The position numbers were made by a program, and so were the translations under genes. The notes below the pieces were generated by a model. That model searched no databases and was not told where the DNA came from. It saw nothing but the letters and a program-made list of their open reading frames with translations. Below, in pieces: positions 45,701 through 56,212 of a stretch of DNA of 64,000 nucleotides. Origin of the DNA: a virus (lineage: Duplodnaviria > Heunggongvirae > Uroviricota > Caudoviricetes). The stretch spans positions 64,001 to 128,000 of IMG/VR virus record IMGVR_UViG_3300010396_000003; one strand, written 5' to 3'. Each line of letters starts with the position of its first letter. The stretch's first letter is position 1.

Positions 45701-47595
45701 CACCAACCACGGGACAGACGCTGCCATTACAAGCGGATTCGGCTGGACGGTTAATTGTCGATTGCGGTTCGGGATGTGGTGGTTCCGGTGGAACTTCAAT
45801 GGCAGATGAAGCCGGCTTTACACAGGGTACGACTTCATTCACGCCAATCGGAGGGTACTACAACACAAGCATTACAAATTTGACGGCTGGCCAAGGCGGA
45901 GCTCTGCGCCTGACCAATGATCGTAATGTAATGGTTGATATAAATGAAATCGGCGGAACCCTTGTTTCCGTATTTGCGGACGAAGGTTCATTTACTGCCG
46001 GAACCACGGCCGTGAATGTAATCGGAGGAACATACAATACGGGATCAATCAGTTTAACAAGCGGACAAGCCGGTGCGCTGCGTCTTACGGCTGATCGTCG
46101 TGTGATGACCGACCTTGAGGATGTTGCAGGCGCTCAACTAGGCGCACCATCAAACTACGGTACGTCTCCGGGTGCGGTCGCGGTTCTTGGAGTGAATGCA
46201 TTTGTAACAAATACTGTTGCGGTTAGCGGGACTGTAACAGCAAATGCCGGCACCGGCACATTTGGAACAAAAGACGCCGCCGACATGACAGGTACGACGC
46301 CAGGTACTGCTCCAAGCAATACGCTCATCGTTGGAGAAATTTATAATTCGGCAGCACCAACACCAACGACAGGACAAACGCTTCCACTTCAGGCGGATAG
46401 TGCTGGACGGTTAATTGTATCTTGCGGCTCTGGTTGCGGTGGTAGTGGTGGCACAAGCATAGCCGACGAAGCTACCTTCACTCAGGGAACCACAAGTCTA
46501 ACGCCGATCGGTGGAATTTACGTGACGTCCGTAACCAATTTGACCGCGGGGCAAGCTGGCGCGGTTCGACTGAATAATGATCGCACTATAATGTCCGATC
46601 TTCATGAAGTAGCGGAGACCGTCCTCGGTGCACCAAGTAATTACGGCACTTCACCTGGCGCTGTGGCTGTGATTGGTGTAAATGCTTTCATTACCAACAC
46701 ACCATCGGTTGCACAGTCTGGAACTTGGAATGTGACGGTTAATACTGCGCTTCCAGCCGGAACAAATACTATCGGCAAAATCGATGTATTGGGTAATTCC
46801 GGAAATACGATGGATGCTGCCGGACAAAACCAAACATCTCCAGCAGCAGAGCTGATCATCGGCGGTCAGTTCAACACTTCTCCGACGACGATTACCAGTG
46901 GAAATGTCTCACCGTTGCAACTTGATGCCAACGGAAATCTTAAAGTAAATCTTAATGCGAATACATTTGGAACGATTACTGTCACCGGCACGGTGACAGC
47001 GAATGCTGGCACAGGAAACTTTAGCGAAAACCTGACGCAGGTGAATAGTGTTGCATTGGGCTCACCCTCGAATTACGGAACTTCGCCCGGCGCCGTTTCC
47101 GTTCTTGGCGTAAATGCGTTCGTAACGAACACCATTGCCGGAAATATTACACAGATTGGCGGTTCCTCACTGGCTCTCGGCCAGACCACAATGTCTGCGT
47201 CAATTCCGGTTGTGATCGCATCGAACCAGAGCTCGTTGCCGGTATCTGCGCAACCATCAACTTCTTCAACTAACGCGGCCACAACATTCGAGGCTGACGC
47301 GGTTACCACATCCACAACCGTAAAATCGAGTGCTGGAAATGTTTACGGTTATTATGTATATAATCCAAATTCTTCTGCCTGTTTCCTTGAAGTATTCAAT
47401 ACAACGACACCAACTCTTGGTACGACCACACCAATTCTTAGTCTTGGTATTCCGGCTACGAGCGCTGCAAATATTCCAGCTAGCAGCATCGCTGTGGCTA
47501 ATTTCAGTACTGCAATTGCCGTCGCATCAACAACAGCTTCCAAGGGAGCCTCAACATGCGGGACTGGAATGACCGTAAATGTTTGGTATCAATAA
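42775..47595 (+). CDS. 1606-aa repetitive T/G/S/A-rich protein with signal peptide (fibre or adhesin-like)
   Basis: Signal MRNRLLFFLLAILFLVPKPSRA; internal repeats (CGSGCGGSGGTS.AD x4, LGQTTM..SIPV.IASNQS x4, PSNYGTSPGAV x4). Confidence 0.9.
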   Translation: MRNRLLFFLLAILFLVPKPSRAATPATVVSSTCFQDAQGNCLANGTLTLALTRPAQITSGGQVAPIVVQIQLDSSGLIPVGTQIWANSSLNPSGTGYAVTLSSSSGLIVSRPGYWVIQGTSPIDLAQEQPVNPFVSFPNVPTIVGSITPGDCAAFQTATTIYDPGTGACGSGGGGGSTTFDKVGSGTNSTATMICATGCAIGSAGGIINATKINNVTVTGTPTLGQIPIASDSTNAAWGDPIVSGHDANGSAPTANPVLTAGWDGTLVRTIKTDTSGDVEVVFPSTPTVTIGNSSIAVTGTFWQATQPVSVAATVNTNLAQVGGAGIALGQTTMTGSIPVVIASNQSNLPVSVQNASIAVTGTFWQATQPVSIAATLNTTDAANGSVTGGAAGSKSELIGGQFNSALPSLTNGQQAAVQVDSSGRLLINCSAGCGGGSGGTSMADEGAFTPGTTSITPIGGIYSTGSINLVSGQAGILRLTIDRRVMTDLDEVGGSPIVLGQTTMASSIPVTIASNQSNLNVVVASALPAGSNTIGAVTQASGPWTQNITQVAGSALGAPSNYGTSPGAVSVIGVNAFITNTPAVSQSGSWTVTANAGTGTFGVKDVADMTGTTPATAPANTQIVGEIYNTAAPTPTNGQTLPLQSDSAGRLIVSCGSGCGGSGGTSIADLGSFTQGTTSITPIGGIYTTSVTNLTSGQAGALRLTNDRNLMADLNEVGGSAFTLGQNTSANSLSVVIASDYSVTDTVGSTVALNGLNVSATVALNNNQGTGFFLASGTLAATLTPEVSYDGGTTWSATQFLNSATGAVTSTLVVTNPNSATVLSILIPGGVSNARVRVSSFTSGTANGTLRATLNQSQEAEIVGSLPTGSNTIGAVTQASGPWSQNITQVGGSALALGQTTMSASIPVVLASNQSNVNVAVAAALPAGGNTIGAVNQGTTPWVVKDNADMTGTTPGTAPSNTLIVGQIYNSAAPTPTTGQTLPLQADSAGRLIVDCGSGCGGSGGTSMADEAGFTQGTTSFTPIGGYYNTSITNLTAGQGGALRLTNDRNVMVDINEIGGTLVSVFADEGSFTAGTTAVNVIGGTYNTGSISLTSGQAGALRLTADRRVMTDLEDVAGAQLGAPSNYGTSPGAVAVLGVNAFVTNTVAVSGTVTANAGTGTFGTKDAADMTGTTPGTAPSNTLIVGEIYNSAAPTPTTGQTLPLQADSAGRLIVSCGSGCGGSGGTSIADEATFTQGTTSLTPIGGIYVTSVTNLTAGQAGAVRLNNDRTIMSDLHEVAETVLGAPSNYGTSPGAVAVIGVNAFITNTPSVAQSGTWNVTVNTALPAGTNTIGKIDVLGNSGNTMDAAGQNQTSPAAELIIGGQFNTSPTTITSGNVSPLQLDANGNLKVNLNANTFGTITVTGTVTANAGTGNFSENLTQVNSVALGSPSNYGTSPGAVSVLGVNAFVTNTIAGNITQIGGSSLALGQTTMSASIPVVIASNQSSLPVSAQPSTSSTNAATTFEADAVTTSTTVKSSAGNVYGYYVYNPNSSACFLEVFNTTTPTLGTTTPILSLGIPATSAANIPASSIAVANFSTAIAVASTTASKGASTCGTGMTVNVWYQ

Positions 47596-47601
47596 AATAA
47601 A

Positions 47602-48984
47602 ATGAAAAGAATATTGTTGCTCTGTGGGATTATTCTATTATCACTTCCCCTTTCTGCTCAAACGCTCAGAAATCATGGAAGTGGTACAACTTCGAATATA
47701 ACTATGGGGTTTACGCCAACCGTTGGCGACACCGTGGTTGTGGTGACAGAGACGAGCGTAGTCCCTGCCAGCGTACAGTTCTCCACTGGTGGAACGCAGG
47801 CATTTCCGATACAAGGCTCTTGTCCTAATAGTGGAGCATTTTTCCTGTGTTATTACCTTATAAAGAGTGTCGCTACTCCTGGGAGCCACATTACTTGTAC
47901 GACCTGTGGAACGATGAACGCAGTCTATGAGTGGGATTGGACAGGCGTAGATACGACAAATACAGTTGATCGCCGTATTCTTTGTCTTAATAACCTTACA
48001 ACGACCAACTGTGAAGTTGATTTTCATCCGGCATTTTCTTCGGAAGCACTCATGGCTGCTTACGTCTGTTCCGCTTCCAGCTCAACGTTAGGCGGAAATG
48101 TTACTTGGGTTAATGTTATGACACCGAACAGTAACCCAGGAGGAGACTTTATTTCTAGCGGCAATGGTCTTGTTAGTGTAACTCCGGGAACGGCCGGAGC
48201 TTGTGGTAACAACCTTGGAATGATTCTTGGTTTAAAAGCATCTGGAGCGACGGAAACATGTGAATCGGATATTTCGTGGAATCAAGACGAGGCCGAAATT
48301 GGTTCGAGTGGCAGTCCTTCCACATCGGCTTTTGTTAATCAAGTGGGTGATCTGATTATTACGACGCCGTGGTGCATAACAAATGGTTCAACGACCTGTA
48401 CCGTTACGAGCCCGCTTGCCGGCAGCGATACGATGACGGATATAACCGTAGATGGCACCAATAGTTCTTCTACGGGGCAAGGACATATTTATTATGTACT
48501 TTCTGCTAGTGCGGCAGGAACACAAACAATTACCTTTACTCCGTCAGGAACATTTCTGCATGCCCAAATAGCCTATTGGGACTATACCCCAAGCCCCGGT
48601 TGTACTTTTTCTCATCATACAGATTTTTCGCTTGGTTCTGGAACTGGCACCGCGGTTAATTTACCGTCATTTACGCCAACGACCGGTGACCTACTATTTG
48701 CGTTCGCTTTCGTTAGTAACCATACATCATCTGTAAACTCCGGCTCATTTCCATGGGCGTGTCGAGCCTTTTTAATTGGTGCGACAGCGACACAAGACTG
48801 TACTCTTCAAAATACGATCAATGCCTCGGAATATATGCTTGCTAATCCCGGCGGAACCATGAATGTAGACTTCACGCAGCTTGCGGCAGATCCGTGGCAA
48901 GTTTTAGCGACTTCATTTACGCTGTCTGGCTCATCTCCAGGTAATACCGTAAAACAACTTTCTACTCTTGGAGTTGGCGAATGA
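47602..48984 (+). CDS. Secreted beta-rich protein
   Basis: Signal MKRILLLCGIILLSLPLSA; S/T/G-rich with paired Cys. Confidence 0.85.
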   Translation: MKRILLLCGIILLSLPLSAQTLRNHGSGTTSNITMGFTPTVGDTVVVVTETSVVPASVQFSTGGTQAFPIQGSCPNSGAFFLCYYLIKSVATPGSHITCTTCGTMNAVYEWDWTGVDTTNTVDRRILCLNNLTTTNCEVDFHPAFSSEALMAAYVCSASSSTLGGNVTWVNVMTPNSNPGGDFISSGNGLVSVTPGTAGACGNNLGMILGLKASGATETCESDISWNQDEAEIGSSGSPSTSAFVNQVGDLIITTPWCITNGSTTCTVTSPLAGSDTMTDITVDGTNSSSTGQGHIYYVLSASAAGTQTITFTPSGTFLHAQIAYWDYTPSPGCTFSHHTDFSLGSGTGTAVNLPSFTPTTGDLLFAFAFVSNHTSSVNSGSFPWACRAFLIGATATQDCTLQNTINASEYMLANPGGTMNVDFTQLAADPWQVLATSFTLSGSSPGNTVKQLSTLGVGE

Positions 48985-51900
48985 AAGCCAAATTGGCTTT
49001 TGCTTTCGCATTTCTATTGTTTCTTTCACAAGGCGTTTTTGCTGCTTGCACAGCAACGGAACAAAGCGCTGATTATAGTCCTGTTGGCGGAAGCACGTCT
49101 ACGTTGTCGACCGGTGTTTTGTCTGATGGACAAACGCATACCATGAACGTAAATTCCAATGGTGATCTGGTCGTCATTACAGCTTGGTGTTTTCAGAACT
49201 GCACTTTCCCAGCCACCATACCTATGGATACGCAGAATGCGGTAAAAACAAGCGTAGTAACTCCCGGAACAACTATAGGTATAGACGGTTTACATACGGG
49301 TCAGGCCGCATTTTATTACGTCCTGAATGCTATTCATGGAAATCATACAATTACATTGACGGTGACGGGTGGAGCTACACAGACGCAAGTTTCTTATATA
49401 GACTTCAAACCAAGCGCCGGATGTTCTTTTAGTCACGATGTAGATTCTCCCGTAGGAGCTGCGTCCCACGGAGGAGGTGTGAGTAATGATCAGGCTAATA
49501 CCCCGTCTATAAGCGGTGTGACTGGAGATATTTTAGTGAGTTGGACAGTGACAACTCAGCACGTAAATTCTCCTGTAAATGCACCATGGAGCTGCCCTCA
49601 GTACTTAGGACAAGGTGAAACTCAGACATGCAACATAGACGTTACACAAAACGGGCAGGCATATGTACTTTCTGCTAGTTCAGGGACTACTAGCAACAGT
49701 TGGACTTTGATAAACAGTTCTACTGGTTACGAGGCGATTATCACATCTTTCAAGATGACACAGCAAACGGCAAACGCTTGCCCAACGGGGGCAACGTATG
49801 GGGCAAATGGAAACCAGACGTTAGCGGCACTTGGAATTACGAGTTGTCGTTATGTTGCAAGTTACGGCCTTGATACGGCTACGGGACAATATGAGACGGA
49901 TCCATGGCTACTTGCTCCGGGGATGGGAAACTGCGCTTCCAATTGCCTTACTGAGAGAAATACATTGAATGGCGGCGCAACCGGTGTCGGTATTATTTTG
50001 CGTGGTGGAGATACTTGGCATTTCGGCAATAGCAGTGCCAGTCCATATACTGGCCTAATTGCATCCGGTAATGGCTCTGGCTGTGATGCGGGAAATTCCT
50101 GCGGTTGGACGATTGGTGGTTCAAGTAATGCGTGGGGATCGAATGTAAGCAACCCACTTTATTTTGGCGTAGACAAAACGTGGTGGAATTCATCAGTCTG
50201 CGGCGTCTCGTGGTGCCGCCCGATTATGAATGGCGATAATCCAACGAGCACTACGGGAGTCGCAAGCTGTCCGCATGATCTTAGCACTTTCAGTTTCATA
50301 AAAACATGGACCGGAACTGTAAATGTCATTATCGATAATTTTGAGTTTACCGGGACATGCTGGAGTGGCACGAATAGAACAGTGCCATATGTGGATTTTG
50401 GAAATACCTTCACACCAGCGACCAATAATCGCACTATCGAGAATTCCTATTTTCACGGCTGGTCACATGTGACGTTTGGTGTGTCTTCGACCGGACAAGC
50501 GGTTTCGGCTATCAACGAACCATCAGCAAACAACGGTGGTATCGGCGATGTCATTACGCATAACATTTTCGATGGCAGCGACACAGACGAAAAGAGCTAT
50601 TCTGGAATCACCTTTGGTGGCTATGACATTGATTCAAACGTCTTCCGTTATATGACACAGGGCTGCATCACAAATAACACGCATACGATGCACGATAACG
50701 TTTTTGATCACTTGTACGGATATAGCGACGGTTTAGCGCATGGCAATGGATGCGAATTCAATACTGAAAACAATACAGACAATGTTGTTTATAACAACAT
50801 CTGGAGCAACTTTGCCTATGATGGTGTTGGCTGTGGAAATGAACAATTTCAAACGGCACCCCAAAGCGGAAGAACAACATACTTTTTCAACAACGTGATT
50901 TACGGTTGGGGCTGTGGTTCAAATGGAAACTATCTTGATATCTGCGGATCACCGAGTCCGTCATGCTCAAATACCACATTCACCATCAACGCATTCAACA
51001 ACACGATGGTGATGACGAATGGTGGACTTTCAACTCTTGTTGCTACTGCGCCATCAACAATTCACATAAATTTCATTAATAATCACTGTATCTCGCCGGC
51101 TACACCAAGCAGCTGTATATTGACGACGCAAGGCGCAACAATAGTCCAGACGACAAACCTTCTTCAGACTACGGCAAATGCGACATCACAAGGATACAAT
51201 GCAACGCAAACCTATGCGTATTCGCCAACTCTAGGAACGAATTCATCGGTTGGATTTGGAACCAACGAAACAACATCCCTTTGTAGTCCGTTAGTGGGCT
51301 CAGGAGATTCACTTCTACAAGCGGCAGGCGCCGCATGTGAGCTTGAAACCGGTTACTCCTGCACTTTAAATTTGACAAACCACACGGTGAGTTGTCCTGC
51401 GATAGCAATTCCTGTAGCAAGACCTTCAAGCGGTGTATGGGACGCTGGAGCATATGAATTCAGCGCTGGTGCGCCACAAGTTGCTACTCCGTCAATTTCA
51501 CCGGTCGCGGGAACATACACGAGTCCGCAGACGGTGACAATAACTGATAGTACCGGTGGAGCAACGATCTGCTACACCACCGATGGCACCACGCCAACGG
51601 CTAACGGTGCCGGAACATGCACGCACGGCTCAACGTATTCTGGTTTATTCTTACAATCATTACCGGCAACGGTAGAAGCGATAGGTAGTGAGTCTGGATT
51701 CACGGATAGTTCTGTCGCTACTGCATCTTATTCGCCTTCAAGTGTAGCAACATACTATATTTCAAAGTCAACTGGATCAGATTCTAACGCGGGCACGAGC
51801 AAGACTTTTCCTTGGCAACATTTACCAGGAATGAAGAGTTGGTCTGGAACCCACGCTCCAGTAGCCGGTGATGTATTTATTTTGATGGGTTGTGATACCT

Positions 51901-53237
51901 GGGTGAATTCAGATTTTCCTGTGAACTGGGATTGGAGCGGGGTCGTCGGAAACCCAATTAAGATAACCACAGATAATACGTGGTACAACTCTACAACATG
52001 CCCTTCTGGATGGAATCGTCCGATATTCGATGCGCAAGGAGCGGTAATTACCGGGGGTGTGGTCAATGGCATGTTTATCGGCGCCGATGCTACGGCAACT
52101 TCTTACGTTACAGTAGATGACATAGAATGGATAGACCTCTTTTCAACTGGAGGGGCCGGAGCAAGTTATATTAAATTTTACAACGATACCCCAAACTGGA
52201 CTATCACCAATAATTATATGCATGATCTTAAGGTTGTACTTGATTCGGCTGGGGATTGTGCATTACTTAACCCGTCTGCCAACATGGATGGTTCTTTATT
52301 TGAATTTAATGTCATTAGCGGATCGGATCGAAGTGGGCAAAGTCCAGCAGGTGGTGTCTGCGATGCCTTCTATTCTAATTTCAATGGCACAACTATCGCA
52401 TTTAATGTGGTACACGATATCGTAAACTTTGCTCCTGTCTACACGAACGGGAATCCACTGACGATAGCGCACAATCTGATCTACAACATTCTCACAACGA
52501 ATAATGGTGGTGTGAATCACTGCAATGCCATAGAAACTTTGGGCGGTGGTACGGTCTACATTGTTGACAACATCATTCATGATATGTTTTGTTCCGGCGG
52601 AGAAGCAATGATGATTGGCAACGCTAGCGAAATAGATTATGTCGCCAATAACGTGATATGGAACTTGGGCGATTCTGGTAACGCTCAAACCCCAAGTATC
52701 CCCCAGACAGATTCCGCAACAGGGATGGTAATGCACTTTTTCAACAATACAATCGTCAGCCCTGGCGGCCAGAATTGCATAAATTATTCGAGTAAAACCG
52801 GCGTATCATGGACGACCCTTGATATTCGTAATAATCATTGTATTAATGCTTCGATGAACGACAATTTTTCTTCGATGGTAACTGGAACCTATACGACTAC
52901 GCCCAATACTACAATGACCACCGCTACGGCAACCGCACAAGGGTACAACGCCAGTCAAACTTTTGCGTATTCGCCAACTTCAGGAACAAATGGAACGGTT
53001 GGTGCAGGAAGTAATTTGACTTCAGTCTGGCCTTCTGGATTCACCACAGACGACACGGATTATTCTTGTTCGCAACAGACAATTAGCGGAGTAGTGCAAG
53101 CAGTATGTCCGGCCCGCACATCAAATACGCGGCCCGCAAGCGGAGCATGGGATAATGGCGCATATGAATTTTCTGGAGCACTTCCGGGCGGAGCAACCGG
53201 TAGCGGCGTAAAGTTTTTTACCGGAAAAAAACCATGA
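48981..53237 (+). CDS. 1418-aa secreted protein with two probable beta-helix regions and an Fn3-associated domain
   Basis: Signal ending GVFA; VATPSISPVAGTYTSPQTVTITDST.GATICYTTDGTTP; two WD.GAYEFS motifs; Asn-ladder repeats. Confidence 0.85.
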   Translation: MKAKLAFAFAFLLFLSQGVFAACTATEQSADYSPVGGSTSTLSTGVLSDGQTHTMNVNSNGDLVVITAWCFQNCTFPATIPMDTQNAVKTSVVTPGTTIGIDGLHTGQAAFYYVLNAIHGNHTITLTVTGGATQTQVSYIDFKPSAGCSFSHDVDSPVGAASHGGGVSNDQANTPSISGVTGDILVSWTVTTQHVNSPVNAPWSCPQYLGQGETQTCNIDVTQNGQAYVLSASSGTTSNSWTLINSSTGYEAIITSFKMTQQTANACPTGATYGANGNQTLAALGITSCRYVASYGLDTATGQYETDPWLLAPGMGNCASNCLTERNTLNGGATGVGIILRGGDTWHFGNSSASPYTGLIASGNGSGCDAGNSCGWTIGGSSNAWGSNVSNPLYFGVDKTWWNSSVCGVSWCRPIMNGDNPTSTTGVASCPHDLSTFSFIKTWTGTVNVIIDNFEFTGTCWSGTNRTVPYVDFGNTFTPATNNRTIENSYFHGWSHVTFGVSSTGQAVSAINEPSANNGGIGDVITHNIFDGSDTDEKSYSGITFGGYDIDSNVFRYMTQGCITNNTHTMHDNVFDHLYGYSDGLAHGNGCEFNTENNTDNVVYNNIWSNFAYDGVGCGNEQFQTAPQSGRTTYFFNNVIYGWGCGSNGNYLDICGSPSPSCSNTTFTINAFNNTMVMTNGGLSTLVATAPSTIHINFINNHCISPATPSSCILTTQGATIVQTTNLLQTTANATSQGYNATQTYAYSPTLGTNSSVGFGTNETTSLCSPLVGSGDSLLQAAGAACELETGYSCTLNLTNHTVSCPAIAIPVARPSSGVWDAGAYEFSAGAPQVATPSISPVAGTYTSPQTVTITDSTGGATICYTTDGTTPTANGAGTCTHGSTYSGLFLQSLPATVEAIGSESGFTDSSVATASYSPSSVATYYISKSTGSDSNAGTSKTFPWQHLPGMKSWSGTHAPVAGDVFILMGCDTWVNSDFPVNWDWSGVVGNPIKITTDNTWYNSTTCPSGWNRPIFDAQGAVITGGVVNGMFIGADATATSYVTVDDIEWIDLFSTGGAGASYIKFYNDTPNWTITNNYMHDLKVVLDSAGDCALLNPSANMDGSLFEFNVISGSDRSGQSPAGGVCDAFYSNFNGTTIAFNVVHDIVNFAPVYTNGNPLTIAHNLIYNILTTNNGGVNHCNAIETLGGGTVYIVDNIIHDMFCSGGEAMMIGNASEIDYVANNVIWNLGDSGNAQTPSIPQTDSATGMVMHFFNNTIVSPGGQNCINYSSKTGVSWTTLDIRNNHCINASMNDNFSSMVTGTYTTTPNTTMTTATATAQGYNASQTFAYSPTSGTNGTVGAGSNLTSVWPSGFTTDDTDYSCSQQTISGVVQAVCPARTSNTRPASGAWDNGAYEFSGALPGGATGSGVKFFTGKKP

Positions 53238-55453
53238 GATCAATAGCGCGTGTAATCTTATATTTTTTCGTGGTTGCGCCGATTATCTCCGCGCAGTTGA
53301 TGGGGCCTGGACTTGGAATATCAAACGGAACCGGATCCCCTGGGTCTACCCCGGCATTTGTTGGAGAATTTAGCGACAACAGCACACTAACAAACCAAGT
53401 AGGAGCTCTGGCATCCGGAACGACGGCCGCAACCTGTCAGGTAAATACATATTGTATTCCTTATGCCGACAGTACATTAACCGGAAATCTTGGTGTTATA
53501 TTTTATCAATATTCAGCAGCTTCACAAGTTAGCGTTACTGCGATTGATGTTGTAGCGAATACCGCCTCCGCTCCAACCGCGGTAAATACTTATACTTGTG
53601 GAGGAACGACACAACAGAAAAATATAACCCCTACGACATTTTATGTCGGCTTTTGTTATGCGCCGAATATGACGGCCGGCGCCCACGTTGTTGAATTTAC
53701 ATTTGCCAGTGCGGTGACACAGGTTTTTGCAAAAACACAACAATTCAGGAATATCGCCACTTCAACACCAATCGATGGAACCGTTGGTCTTGCATCGGGC
53801 GCGAGCTCGACAACCGTAAACGCAGCTTCGGTCACACCATCGGTTGCAAACGATTTAATCGATGTATTTATTGCGCGCATTGCCACACCTAATACTTCCT
53901 CTGTGACGGCCGGAAGTGGCTATACGCTCGGAACTATCGACCTCTTGGATGGCGGAAGTACGGAATTTGAGGTAGATAGCGGTACCGGATCTTTAACGCC
54001 AACTATGACGATGGGCACGGCCAGTACGTATGGTGAGATCGCGATAGCATTTAAATCCGCGAGCGCAGGAACGGCACCGACAGGCATGTATTTGGAGCGT
54101 GGTATGTCATGGAGTTATACAACTGCCACCGTTGGTAGTCGGTCTTTTCAGTTTCCTTCCAGCGGAAATCTTCTTGTGAATACTGATAGTTGTAATACGT
54201 TATCTCCGACCAGTATAAGCGGAGATATTACAAATAGTTGGACCGCTATTCCGGGAGGATTCTTTAACGGAACCGGAAACCTTACGGGGGGATTTTACGT
54301 TCCAAACGCATCTTCAGACAATAGTGGTGCTTTGACGGTGAATGCAGCATCGGTTAGCGGAGATTGTACATTCAAGTTTTATAGCTTTGCCGGTGCACCA
54401 ACAACGGTATTTGTTTCGCGGTCGGATTTTGAAGACCTGGCTAGCGCGTGGCAGACAAGTTCTACGTTCGTATGGCCTGCAACCAATAAAAATAATACTG
54501 CGGCAGCACAGGTTTCACCGTTTATACCAAATCCGACAAGCGGCGTCGCGATAGCATTTGGCGGTCAGATTTTTAATACTACCGTCGGGATATCTGGTCC
54601 ATCGAATTGTTTTTTTGATGCCGCCACACAAGGCGGAGAAAATATAAGCGGTCCATGGCCGGTAGATCAGAATAATCCTTTTGCGCATTGCTATTTTAAT
54701 GGCTCTCCAAATGTTGTATGGGGCTGGCCGCAAACTTCTACCCTAAACGCTTCTGGAGATTCAGGAACAATCGTCGGATTTTTTGGTTCTACCGGAGCAG
54801 CCATCGTAAACGGTAGCACGATGAACCAGTCAACTTCCGGGACGGATTTGACTTTTACAGTAACCGCGCCTACATCCGGTAATCTATTGGCCGTGGTGGT
54901 GGGTGCATATAATGGAATTACGGTTAAAAATGTTTGTATCGGTGGAGACTCTACCTGTGGAACCGGAACACAGTTTACGGCCGTTCCCGGAGCGACATCG
55001 ACTGGAAGCGGTCATCCAGCTACATCCGTTTGGTATGTGTTAAATGCACCGGCAGGGTCTCCGACAAGAATTGATGTTGTAACTTCCGCCGCCTGCTCAA
55101 ATTGCGAAGCGACATACTACGAAGTTAAAAAGGGATCGGGAAGCTGGAGTACCGATGGCGGAAATCAAATAACAAATGGAACAGGAAGCGGTACAGGACT
55201 AATTACTGGTCCAGCGATAACAACGACCGGATCTATTGATTTTTGCACGGCAACTGCTGCCGTTAGCGGAACAATGGCGGATTCCGGTAGTCCGCCAAGT
55301 GGAAGCCAATACCAGATAGCCGGAACGCTTTATGAAAACACGAGTGATGGAGTAGAATCACTATTGACAACAACGATCGGTACACACACTCCTACGTGGC
55401 AGGAGTCGACTTTATCCGATTCATTTTCGTCATCTCAAGCGTGTTTTAAGTAA
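53234..55453 (+). CDS. Secreted beta-rich protein
   Basis: Signal ending IISA; S/T/G-rich. Confidence 0.85.
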   Translation: MRSIARVILYFFVVAPIISAQLMGPGLGISNGTGSPGSTPAFVGEFSDNSTLTNQVGALASGTTAATCQVNTYCIPYADSTLTGNLGVIFYQYSAASQVSVTAIDVVANTASAPTAVNTYTCGGTTQQKNITPTTFYVGFCYAPNMTAGAHVVEFTFASAVTQVFAKTQQFRNIATSTPIDGTVGLASGASSTTVNAASVTPSVANDLIDVFIARIATPNTSSVTAGSGYTLGTIDLLDGGSTEFEVDSGTGSLTPTMTMGTASTYGEIAIAFKSASAGTAPTGMYLERGMSWSYTTATVGSRSFQFPSSGNLLVNTDSCNTLSPTSISGDITNSWTAIPGGFFNGTGNLTGGFYVPNASSDNSGALTVNAASVSGDCTFKFYSFAGAPTTVFVSRSDFEDLASAWQTSSTFVWPATNKNNTAAAQVSPFIPNPTSGVAIAFGGQIFNTTVGISGPSNCFFDAATQGGENISGPWPVDQNNPFAHCYFNGSPNVVWGWPQTSTLNASGDSGTIVGFFGSTGAAIVNGSTMNQSTSGTDLTFTVTAPTSGNLLAVVVGAYNGITVKNVCIGGDSTCGTGTQFTAVPGATSTGSGHPATSVWYVLNAPAGSPTRIDVVTSAACSNCEATYYEVKKGSGSWSTDGGNQITNGTGSGTGLITGPAITTTGSIDFCTATAAVSGTMADSGSPPSGSQYQIAGTLYENTSDGVESLLTTTIGTHTPTWQESTLSDSFSSSQACFK

Positions 55454-55455
55454 CA

Positions 55456-55719
55456 ATGAAGATTGAATTATCTCGGGATAAAACCAGCATTATTCTAACC
55501 GGAATAGTTTCTATTCGGATCCCAGTTGAAGAATTAATACACGTTTTGCGTGAGTGTGATCCATTGCCTCCAAGGTTAAAACAGGTCCGGGATTTAGTGC
55601 GGCAACATAGGTGTGATAAAGAAATTGCTTCTGAATTGGGAATTTCAGTGCGTACCGTAAAATTACATGTATCACGATTAAAAGAAATTTGTGGTGAAAA
55701 CGACCGTTACCGACTATAA
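55456..55719 (+). CDS. LuxR-type HTH protein
   Basis: LPPRLKQVRDLV...DKEIASELGISVRTVKLHVSRL. Confidence 0.85.
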   Translation: MKIELSRDKTSIILTGIVSIRIPVEELIHVLRECDPLPPRLKQVRDLVRQHRCDKEIASELGISVRTVKLHVSRLKEICGENDRYRL

Positions 55720-55741
55720 TCACCATTCCAAAGGAGAGTTA

Positions 55742-56179
55742 ATGAAAACTTCCGGCGTAATTGCCATAACTGCTGTCTCAGTAATTATTCTAGCTTTTGC
55801 CGTTGTTCCGGGATTCAATTATGTCAAGACCAAGGTTCAGTCGCCGGCCGCCGCAAAGGATAGCTGCGTCGCCGGCAAAGACGAAATATGTCCCAATGCG
55901 GACTTTCTTGGTCAGATTGACCGTATTCAGGCCCTAAACGATGATATTGTGAAGCTCGCCGGTAATAACGATTACAAGCGGATTAATTCCAAAATCGCGG
56001 ATGATCAGGCGATGATCGAAGGAATACGCGACAACCTCTCAACGGCGATCCGGCAGCCAGGTAGTGGCGTTCCCTCGAATTATAAGTGGGATGGTCAGAA
56101 GAAGAAGTTTGTGCTCGATCCAAATCTGCCCGTTCCGAGTGCTCCGGCACCAACAGCCACCCCAACACAAAAGAAGTAG
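55742..56179 (+). CDS. Membrane-anchored periplasmic coiled-coil protein ending in TAG
   Basis: AAAGGAG RBS; N-terminal TM segment, helical middle, Pro-rich tail. Confidence 0.8.
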   Translation: MKTSGVIAITAVSVIILAFAVVPGFNYVKTKVQSPAAAKDSCVAGKDEICPNADFLGQIDRIQALNDDIVKLAGNNDYKRINSKIADDQAMIEGIRDNLSTAIRQPGSGVPSNYKWDGQKKKFVLDPNLPVPSAPAPTATPTQKK

Positions 56180-56212
56180 CGTTGGTTTGTTTTTCTTGGC
56201 ATACCTCTAGGT

